Virus record (IMG/VR): IMGVR_UViG_2740892232_000005
Reading direction: 5' to 3' (one strand)
From: a virus
Lineage: Duplodnaviria > Heunggongvirae > Uroviricota > Caudoviricetes
Length of the DNA stretch: 23,299 nucleotides
The notes beneath the pieces are model-generated. The model was not told where the DNA came from, made no database searches, and was given only the letters and a program-made list of their open reading frames with translations. Position numbers and translations under genes: made by a program. Below, one piece after another: positions 16,006 to 23,299 of the stretch (within the stretch, counting starts at the first letter, position 1; every line of letters begins with the position of its first letter).

Positions 16006-16463
16006 GAAGAGTAGCCGCGATTATCTCCGCTCTGGTTATCTGCATCATCGTCTGCCTGTCTTGGGCTGTTAATCATTACCGTGATAACGCCATTACCTAC
16101 AAAGCCCTGCACGACAAAAATGCCAGAGAACTGAAGCTGGCGAACGCGGCAATTACTGACATGCAGATGCGTCAGCGTGATGTTGCTGCGCTCGATGCAA
16201 AATACACGAAGGAGTTAGCTGATGCGAAAGCTGAAAATGATGCTCTGCGTGATGATGTTGCCGCTGGCCGTCGTCGGTTGCACATCAAAGCAGTCTGTCA
16301 GTCAGTGCGTGAAGCCACCACCGCCTCCGGCGTGGATAATGCAGCCTCCCCCCGACTGGCAGACACCGCTGAACGGGATTATTTCACCCTCAGAGAGAGG
16401 CTGATCACTATGCAAAAACAACTGGAAGGAACCCAGAAGTATATTAATGAGCAGTGCAGATAG
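16002..16463 (+). CDS. Rz: Spanin inner-membrane subunit Rz (i-spanin), near-identical to lambda Rz
   Basis: [32 protein letters not shown]...KYINEQCR matches lambda Rz almost residue for residue (from memory); GTG start overlaps the endolysin stop (GTGA). Confidence 0.9.
   Translation: MRRVAAIISALVICIIVCLSWAVNHYRDNAITYKALHDKNARELKLANAAITDMQMRQRDVAALDAKYTKELADAKAENDALRDDVAAGRRRLHIKAVCQSVREATTASGVDNAASPRLADTAERDYFTLRERLITMQKQLEGTQKYINEQCR
16222..16404 (+). CDS. Rz1: Spanin outer-membrane lipoprotein Rz1 (o-spanin), embedded in the +1 frame of Rz
   Basis: [23 protein letters not shown]...[15 protein letters not shown]; lipobox and proline-rich region identical in character to lambda Rz1. Confidence 0.85.
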   Translation: MRKLKMMLCVMMLPLAVVGCTSKQSVSQCVKPPPPPAWIMQPPPDWQTPLNGIISPSERG

Positions 16464-16494
16464 AGTTGCTCATATCGATGGGCAACTCATGCAA

Positions 16495-16788
16495 TTATTT
16501 TGAGCAATACACCCGCGCTTCCAGCGGAGTATAAATGCCAAAAGTGATGAAACCGAGCAATCCATTTACGAATGTTTGCTGGGTTTCTGTTTTAACCACA
16601 TTTTCTGCACCACCACAAATTTTTGCTGCATCGACAGTTTTCTTCTGCCCAATTCCCGAAACGAAGAAATGATGGGTGATGGTTTCCTTTGGTGTTACTG
16701 CTGTCGGTTTGTTTCCAACAGTAAACGTCTGTTGAGCACATCCTGTAATAAGCATTGCCAGAGCGGCAGAAAACAACATTTTTTTCAT
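16495..16788 (-). CDS. bor: Bor lipoprotein (serum-resistance protein, lambda Bor-like)
   Basis: MKKMLFSAALAMLITGCAQQTFTV...LEARVYC matches lambda Bor; ATG at 16788 with AGGAT RBS; the track ORF has an N-terminal extension. Confidence 0.9.
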   Translation of the reverse strand: MKKMLFSAALAMLITGCAQQTFTVGNKPTAVTPKETITHHFFVSGIGQKKTVDAAKICGGAENVVKTETQQTFVNGLLGFITFGIYTPLEARVYCSK

Positions 16789-17268
16789 CTTATTATCCTG
16801 CATTGTTAAAAACGGCAGAATCCTATGTGACAACAATTAAACGATAGTTAAATGGATTGATGAAAATTAAAACTACACAGGTGAGCTCAGACGATTGGAG
16901 GGAGTTGGGGACACTCAGAATCCTGTAGAATGAAATAAACCGGTCTATCCGTCCATTACCCTTTTAGCTGCGCTGTATCGTCGCCGTATTCCCGCATTAA
17001 CCATGACCGTAGCCCGACGGGGAATTCCTTCTGCGTGAGTGTGCGGGAATAATTAAAAACGATGCACACCGGGTTTTTACCGCGTTAATGATTCGCGGAT
17101 TTATCCCGGTGCGATGGTGGAAGAAACCGGAAGCTGTATTACAGAAAGTGCTACTACTGTATCCCGATGCGATGTATGTAATGTGAGTCAGATAATGGCA
17201 CAGGATGTGGTGATGTGGCAGTCTGGAACACAGGATATATTGTCAGAATAAGACCCGTAGGAATAAAA

Positions 17269-17595
17269 ATGAAAAGACGCCTTTTACTACTTTTTCTGTT
17301 ATCTGTCCTAGCAGTGGGATGCTCGCAGCAAAAAGCTGATGAGCCCCGGCAATTAGTGACGGTGTATCCACGATATCCGGAATATGCTGCAGCAAATTAT
17401 ATCAAGGGGCTGGTTGAGGTTAAGTTCGATATTGGTGCTGATGGGACTGTGACACGGATCGTTTTTCTCCGCTCAGAGCCTCATAATTTGTTTCGTGATG
17501 AAGTGGTGAAGGCCATGGCGAAATGGCGATTTGAAAAGAATCGTCCCTGTCAGGGAGTGAAGAGACAATTTATCTTTACGCCGTCACGTCCCTGA
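17269..17595 (+). CDS. Outer-membrane lipoprotein carrying a TonB C-terminal domain (108 aa)
   Basis: Signal peptide plus lipobox (LLLLFLLSVLAVGC, Ser at +2); C-terminal YPRYPEYAAANYIKGLVEVKFDIGADGTVTRIVFLRSEPHNLFRDEVVKAMAKWRFE aligns with the TonB C-terminal domain; AGGA RBS before ATG 17269. Confidence 0.75.
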   Translation: MKRRLLLLFLLSVLAVGCSQQKADEPRQLVTVYPRYPEYAAANYIKGLVEVKFDIGADGTVTRIVFLRSEPHNLFRDEVVKAMAKWRFEKNRPCQGVKRQFIFTPSRP

Positions 17596-17717
17596 TGCTT
17601 CCAGGTAGAGAGGGGCTGGAAGCAGGAGAAAAATGAAAGAGCCAGCGGTTATATTTTTGTCATGGCTGACGAGGAATGATGGAAGAAGGCGTTGTATGCC
17701 ACACAACGCCTCACTGT

Positions 17718-18071
17718 TCATTTCTTCTTTTTCTCTAGTGGAACCCGATGAATAAGAGTTGCACTGGTTTCCGATGAGATGGCGATATACTCGGGCAAAG
17801 TATGCTGGCAGTTTTCCAACTGGTCAAAAATACCTGCTCTCGTCTGTTGCAATGCCTGCAGCATGCGGCGGCAATGCGCCTTGCTTTTGCTAACCATCTT
17901 TCCTTCCTCTATCAGTCGCTGCGTGAACTCATCATGGAATACCAGGTAAATGCGGATGTTATCGGTTTTGGCTACGCAGCATAGTACAAAACGGACAGGT
18001 GCATCCCGGGACGGGGGAGGCGTCACATGTCCCTGTGATGGTTGTTCCGGGTAATGCACTGTGTGGGGCAT
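17718..18071 (-). CDS. Hypothetical ORF (117 aa); may be the 3' part of a frameshifted gene together with 17959..18210
   Basis: ORF only; overlaps the adjacent minus-strand ORF in another frame; no RBS verified. Confidence 0.25.
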   Translation of the reverse strand: MPHTVHYPEQPSQGHVTPPPSRDAPVRFVLCCVAKTDNIRIYLVFHDEFTQRLIEEGKMVSKSKAHCRRMLQALQQTRAGIFDQLENCQHTLPEYIAISSETSATLIHRVPLEKKKK

Positions 18072-18210
18072 AAAAATGTCCGATAATTTTACTTTCTACC
18101 GCAGTTAGTTGATTCGTTGGTCCTGGTAGCACATTGGGCGAGGATTTAAATGCCAGGCAACTGAAGGATGATGTTGCAAGGGAGATAGCGAGAATATTTC
18201 TGATTTTCAT
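17959..18210 (-). CDS. Small secreted Cys-rich protein (83 aa) with N-terminal signal peptide
   Basis: ATG 18210; MKIRNILAISLATSSFSCLA signal-like N-terminus; C-terminal TGTCDASPVPGCTCPFC cluster; weak RBS. Confidence 0.3.
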   Translation of the reverse strand: MKIRNILAISLATSSFSCLAFKSSPNVLPGPTNQLTAVESKIIGHFYAPHSALPGTTITGTCDASPVPGCTCPFCTMLRSQNR

Positions 18211-18359
18211 TTGATGATGCCTCTGTGTGAAATGACGGTAAACGACGCACTTGTGCCGGCACATAATAGCAAGCACCATAATAGATCAGATTCGATTCTT
18301 GCTGTAAGTGATAATTATTCTCGTTTTTCGGGTCCTTTCCGGCGATCCAACAGGCTACG

Positions 18360-18371
18360 GGGCGGCGACCT
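18360..18371. other. cosN cohesive-end site (GGGCGGCGACCT), identical to the lambda 12-nt cohesive end
   Basis: Sequence 18357-18405 (ACGGGGCGGCGACCTCGCGGTTTTTCGCTATTTATGA) matches the lambda left-end sequence; located about 230 bp upstream of the Nu1-like gene. Confidence 0.7.
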
Positions 18372-18587
18372 CGCGGTTTTTCGCTATTTATGAGATTTTT
18401 TGAGGGGGTGGTTGTTGTTTAATTGTTTGGTATATCTAATTGATAAGTAAGGTGAAAATAAAATAAATACAACAACCTTACGATGTGCTTTGATGTCATT
18501 AATGTGAAAAAATTAAATGATATCAAATGGTTTTGTAAAAACACATGGTTGTTGTATCGCTTTTTATCGATGACTTATGGAGAGGAG

Positions 18588-19094
18588 ATGGCCTTTTTAT
18601 TGAATAAAAGTGATATGGCCTCCTCCATCGGTATCTCTGTTCAGGCATTTGATAAATGGGGCGTTCCTCCTGTCGAGCGTCGGGGGAGGGAAGTTTTTTA
18701 TGACGTTAAAACTGTACTGGAGATAGATCGCGAGCGGCGACAACACAATCATAGAACACCTGATGACGGGGGCGATCTGGAGGAAAGGCTGCTTCGGGCC
18801 AGAGCTGAACTGACAGAAGAACAGGCCGTAGCTCAAAAACTTAAAAATCAGGTAACCGAAGGTAAGCTCATCGATTCAGACTTCTGCGTTTTCGCCCTCA
18901 GCAAGCTGGCGATGGCATTGTCCAGTACGCTTGATTCTATTCCGTTATCCATGCAGCGACAGTTCCCGGATTTAACGCCACGTCATCTTGACCATCTGAA
19001 AACCCTTATTGCGAAGGGCGCAAATCAGTGTGCGCGGGCAGGGGATAAATTACCGGATTTGCTGGATGAATATATCAGAGCAACAACTGAATAA
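18588..19094 (+). CDS. nu1: Terminase small subunit (lambda gpNu1-like)
   Basis: N-terminal winged-HTH region and C-terminal LSMQRQFPDL...LPDLLDEYI resemble lambda Nu1; ATG 18588 preceded by GGAGAGGAG (alternative ATG 18570); overlaps the terminase large subunit start as in lambda. Confidence 0.85.
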   Translation: MAFLLNKSDMASSIGISVQAFDKWGVPPVERRGREVFYDVKTVLEIDRERRQHNHRTPDDGGDLEERLLRARAELTEEQAVAQKLKNQVTEGKLIDSDFCVFALSKLAMALSSTLDSIPLSMQRQFPDLTPRHLDHLKTLIAKGANQCARAGDKLPDLLDEYIRATTE

Positions 19095-21638
19095 TCTGAT
19101 GGCTGCCGTTTCGGTTGCGCTGCAGCCTCTGGTCAGGGTTGTACCGATGACGGCAGTTGAATGGGCTGACCAGTATTATTATCTGCCGAAAGAATCCTCA
19201 TACGGTGACGGCGAATGGAAAACGCTGCCGTTCCAGATCGCCATCATGAACAGTATGGGGAATGATCAGGTCCGCACTGTTAATCTGATTAAATCTGCCC
19301 GTGTTGGCTATACAAAGATGTTGCTGGGGGTGGTCGGGTATTTTATTGAGCATAAATCCCGAAACAGTCTGCTTTTTCAGCCCACGGATTCTGCCGCTGA
19401 AGATTTTATGAAGTCTCACGTGGAGACGACGATTAGGGACGTGCCATGCCTGAAAGACCTTTCCCCATGGCTGGGTCGTAAACATCGTGATAATACCCTC
19501 ACGCTGAAACGCTTTTCATCGGGCGTCGGTTTCTGGTGCCTGGGCGGCGCTGCCGCCAAAAACTACCGTGAAAAATCCGTGGATGTGGTCTGCTATGACG
19601 AACTTTCCTCGTTCGAACCGGATGTTGAAAAAGAGGGTTCGCCAACCCTGCTGGGGGATAAACGTATTGAGGGCTCTGTATGGCCAAAATCCATTCGCGG
19701 CTCGACGCCTAAAATCAAAGGCTCCTGCCAGATCGAAAAAGCCGCTAACGAGTCGGCACATTTCATGCGTTTTTATGTGCCCTGCCCGCACTGTGGGGAG
19801 GCGCAGTATCTGAAATTTGGCGATGAATCCACGCCTTTTGGCCTTAAATGGGAGAAGGACAGCCCCGAAAGCGTTTTCTACCTCTGTGAACATCATGGCT
19901 GCGTGATCCATCAGTCTGAGCTTGACCAGAGCAACGGGCGGTGGATCTGTGAAAACACGGGGATGTGGACCCGTGACGGTCTGACGTTTTTCAGCGCCGC
20001 GGATAATGAAATTCCGCCGCCGCGCTCCATCACGTTCCATATCTGGACGGCGTACAGTCCGTTCACCACCTGGGTACAGATAGTCTATGACTGGCTGGAT
20101 GCACTGNNNNNNNNNNCATGTGGACCCGTGACGGCCTGATGTTTTTCAGCGCCCGGGGTGATGAAATTCCGCCGCCGCGCTCCATCACTTTCCATATCTG
20201 GACGGCGTACAGTCCGTTCACCACCTGGGTACAGATAGTCTATGACTGGCTGGATGCACTGAAAGATCCCAACGGCCTGAAAACCTTTGTGAACACCACG
20301 CTGGGCGAGACCTGGGAAGAGGCCGTGGGCGAAAAACTCGATCACCAGGTACTGATGGATAAGGTCGTGCATTACACGGCGGCGGTGCCAGCCCGGGTGG
20401 TTTATCTGACGGCGGGCATTGACTCGCAGNNNNNNNNNNACGTCCCGATGAGGAAGAGACGCTGTTACGTGTGGATGCGGCGATCAACAAAAAATACCGC
20501 CATGCAGACGGAACCGAAATGACCATTTCCCGTGTCTGCTGGGACATCGGGGGTATCGATGGCGAAATCGTTTATCAGAGGTCAAAAAAACACGGTGTTT
20601 TCCGGGTGCTGCCGGTAAAAGGCGCATCTGTCTATGGCAAGCCGGTGATCACCATGCCAAAAACCCGCAATCAGCGGGGCGTGTATCTGTGTGAAGTGGG
20701 GACAGACACCGCAAAAGAAATTCTCTATGCCCGTATGAAAGCCGAGCCCACGCCTGCGGATGAATCCACGTCGTATGCCATCCGTTTTCCTGATGATCCG
20801 GAGATTTTTTCGCAGACAGAGGCGCAGCAACTGGTCGCGGAAGAGCTTGTGGAGAAGTGGGAAAAAGGAAAGATGCGTCTGCTGTGGGATAACAAAAAGC
20901 GGCGTAACNNNNNNNNNNCGAAACCGTTTTGAGATGTATGTCTGGGGATGGGCTCCGGGAGAGGAAGCCTTTCTGGTGGATAAAATCATCATTATGGGGC
21001 GTCCCGATGAGGAAGAGACGCTGTTACGTGTGGATGTGGCGATCAACAAAAAATACCGCCATGCAGACGGAACCGAAATGACCATTTCCCGTGTCTGCTG
21101 GGACACCGGGGGGATCGATGGCGAAATTGTCTATCAGAGGTCAAAAAAACACGGTGTTTTCCGGGTGCTGCCGGTAAAAGGTGCATCTGTTTATGGCAAG
21201 CCGGTGATCACCATGCCAAAAACCCGCAATCAGCGGGGCGTGTATCTGTGCGAAGTGGGGACGGACACCGCAAAAGAAATTCTCTATGCCCGTATGAAAG
21301 CCGATCCCACGCCTGCGGATGAAGCCACGTCGTATGCCATCCGTTTTCCTGATGATCCGGAGATTTTTTCGCAGACAGAGGCGCAGCAACTGGTGGCGGA
21401 AGAGCTTGTGGAGAAGTGGGAAAAAGGAAAGATGCGTCTGCTGTGGGATAACAAAAAGCGGCGTAACGAAGCGCTGGACTGCCTGGTGTATGCCTACGCG
21501 GCATTACGTGTGTCCGTGCAACGCTGGCAGCTTGATCTGGCTGTACTGGCAAAATCCCGGGAAGAAGAGACGACCCGGCCAACCCTTAAAGAACTGGCAG
21601 CGAAGCTGTCCGGAGGAGTGAATGGTTACAGTCGCTGA
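19066..21638 (+). CDS. A: Terminase large subunit (lambda gpA-like); span inflated by three scaffold gaps and two redundant variant segments
   Basis: MNISEQQ...AVEWADQYYYLPKESSYGDGEWKTLPFQIAIMN...TWVQIVYDWLDAL...WDNKKRRNEALDCLVYAYAALR is collinear with lambda gpA; true length about 642 aa once duplicated segments 20118-20261 and 20441-20908 are removed. Confidence 0.85.
19963..20106 (+). repeat. Contig-end overlap: 144 nt that reappears at 20118-20261 with about 6 mismatches
   Basis: Direct comparison of the sequence on both sides of the N-run. Confidence 0.9.
20107..20116. other. Assembly gap (10 N)
   Basis: Run of n. Confidence 1.
20430..20439. other. Assembly gap (10 N)
   Basis: Run of n. 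Confidence 1.
20441..20908 (+). repeat. Redundant variant copy (about 97-98% identical) of terminase segment 21000-21467, bounded by two N-gaps
   Basis: Direct comparison: same reading frame and protein segment (RPDEEETLLRVD...WDNKKRRN) with roughly 10 SNPs. Confidence 0.9.
20909..20918. other. Assembly gap (10 N)
   Basis: Run of n. Confidence 1.
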
Positions 21639-21828
21639 ACTGCAGGCGCTGCGTCAGGCGCGCCTTGATTTATTAACCGGTAAACGGGTGGTGTCTGTCC
21701 AGAAAGATGGTCGCAGAATTGAATATACGGCGGCTTCTCTGGATGAGCTTAACCGGGCGATCAATGATGCGGAGTCGGTACTGGGGACAACCCGACGTCG
21801 CCGTCGTCCGCTGGGAGTGAGGTTATGA
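21622..21828 (+). CDS. W: Head-tail joining protein (lambda gpW-like, 68 aa)
   Basis: LTGKRVVSVQKDGRRIEYTAASLDEL matches lambda gpW ([21 protein letters not shown]); start overlaps the terminase large subunit stop. Confidence 0.85.
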   Translation: MVTVAELQALRQARLDLLTGKRVVSVQKDGRRIEYTAASLDELNRAINDAESVLGTTRRRRRPLGVRL

Positions 21829-23299
21829 AACGAACGCCTGTCCTGATTGATGTGAACGGTGTTCCGCTTCGTGAGAGTCTCAGCTACAACGGGGGCGGCG
21901 CAGGATTTGGCGGGCAAATGGCGGAGTGGTTGCCACCTGCGCAGAGTGCCGATGCGGCCCTGCTGCCCGCGTTGCGTCTGGGGAATGCCCGGGCAGATGA
22001 TCTAGTGCGCAATAACGGAATAGCGGCTAATGCGGTTGCCCTGCATAAGGATCACATTGTCGGGCATATGTTTCTGATCAGCTACCGTCCGAACTGGCGC
22101 TGGCTGGGGATGCGGGAGACCGCAGCAAAAAGCTTTGTCGATGAGGTGGAGGCGGCCTGGTCGGAATACGCCGAAGGGATGTTTGGCGAGATCGACGTGG
22201 AAGGAAAACGCACGTTCACGGAATTTATCCGTGAAGGTGTGGGCGTTCATGCGTTTAACGGCGAAATCTTTGTGCAGCCGGTCTGGGATACGGAAACCAC
22301 GCAGTTATTCCGTACGCGTTTTAAAGCTGTGAGTCCGAAACGGGTGGACACGCCTGGACACGGTATGGGGAACCGTTTTCTGCGGGCCGGTGTGGAGGTC
22401 GATCGATATGGCCGTGCCGTCGCGTACCATATCTGTGAGGATGATTTTCCGTTCTCTGGTAGTGGACGATGGGAACGGATCCCGCGTGAACTTCCCACCG
22501 GGCGTCCGGCCATGCTGCATATTTTCGAGCCGNNNNNNNNNNGGCTAATCAGTTTTACAGCGTCATGGAACGGCTGAAGATGCTCGATTCCCTGCAGGCA
22601 ACACAGCTTCAGTCGGCCATAGTGAAGGCGATGTATGCAGCGACGATTGAAAGTGAACTTGATACCGAAAAGGCCTTTGAATATATCGCCGGCGCGCCAC
22701 AGGAGCAGAAGGATAATCCGCTTATTAATATTCTGGAGAAGTTCTCCAGCTGGTATGACACGAATAACGTGACACTGGGCGGAGTCAAAATTCCGCACCT
22801 TTTCCCTGGTGATGATCTGAAACTACAGACTGCGCAGGATTCAGACAATGGATTTTCTGCACTTGAACAGGCGCTGCTGCGGTATATCGCCGCCGGTCTT
22901 GGCGTTTCCTACGAACAGTTGTCCCGTGATTACTCGAAGGTCAGTTACTCAAGTGCCCGCGCCTCCGCCAATGAGTCGTGGCGCTATTTTATGGGGCGGC
23001 GAAAATTTATTGCGGCCCGGCTGGCCACGCAGATGTTTTCCTGCTGGCTGGAAGAGGCACTTCTTCGGGGGATTATTCGTCCGCCACGGGCACGTTTTGA
23101 TTTTTATCAGGCGCGATCAGCCTGGTCACGGGCAGAGTGGATTGGTGCCGGAAGAATGGCCATTGACGGGCTCAAGGAAGTCCAGGAATCAGTGATGCGC
23201 ATTGAGGCCGGACTGAGCACGTATGAGAAAGAGCTGGCGCTGATGGGCGAGGATTATCAGGACATTTTCCGCCAGCAGGTCAGGGAATCTGCAGAGCGG
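21825..23299 (+). CDS. B: Portal protein (lambda gpB-like), 3'-truncated by the window end and interrupted by gap 22533-22542
   Basis: GGGAGFGGQ...LPALRLGNARADDLVRNNGIAANA...FRTRFKAVSPKR, and after the gap AIVKAMYAATIESELD...LRYIAAGLGVSYEQLSR...MAIDGLKEVQE, collinear with lambda gpB. Confidence 0.9.
22533..22542. other. Assembly gap (10 N)
   Basis: Run of n. Confidence 1.

Noticed and set aside
17597-17623. Hairpin (GCTTCCAG...CTGGAAGC) just after the TonB-domain lipoprotein gene as an intrinsic terminator
   Set aside because: The stem is present but is not followed by a U-tract on the plus strand, so it is not called as a rho-independent terminator.
20118-20908. Apparent tandem duplication of terminase large-subunit segments (possible gene duplication or programmed rearrangement)
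   Set aside because: Each duplicated block abuts a run of exactly 10 N and differs from its partner only by scattered SNPs; this is the signature of un-merged overlapping contig ends from paralogous prophages, not biology.
19516-21582. Minus-strand ORFs (174, 95, 109, 174, 82, 124 aa) within the terminase large-subunit region
   Set aside because: Antisense to the gpA-like gene; several contain translated N-runs; no independent support.

Overview
This window is a large part of a mosaic lambdoid prophage of an Enterobacteriaceae (E. coli-like) host, running from the integrase end into the head genes. All calls rest on reading the six-frame translations against protein families recalled from memory; no database search was run. 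Order of modules: (1) a leftward int-xis operon preceded by a yfdP-Q-R-S-T-like accessory cluster (CPS-53/KplE1 type), 1-3965, minus strand; (2) an immunity region with an S24-peptidase cI-like repressor, palindromic operators, Cro-like and CII-like genes, 4567-6194; (3) a translationally coupled replication/nin-like operon, 6191-12671: two unknown proteins, an O-like initiator with internal iterons, a YfdN-like protein, Dam-type methylase, a LexA DNA-binding-domain-only protein, RusA, a KilA-N protein behind a consensus SOS box, a DUF968 protein and a Q antiterminator followed by PR'/tR'; (4) an AT-rich moron island with divergent cspF-/cspB-like genes, 12810-14573; (5) a lysis cassette with S21-type pinholin, SAR lysozyme, lambda-type Rz/Rz1 and Bor, then a lipoprotein carrying a TonB C-terminal domain; (6) a lambda-identical cosN followed by Nu1, A, W and B (portal, truncated by the window end). 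Five runs of exactly 10 N mark scaffold joins, and sequence flanking two of the joins inside the terminase gene is duplicated with SNPs, so those duplications are assembly artefacts. No tRNA, CRISPR array or transposase was seen. The best candidates for something undescribed are the non-cleavable LexA paralog with an SOS box in front of the KilA-N gene, the lipoprotein-anchored TonB C-terminal domain, and the long structured leader of an early-left operon that has no N-like gene.
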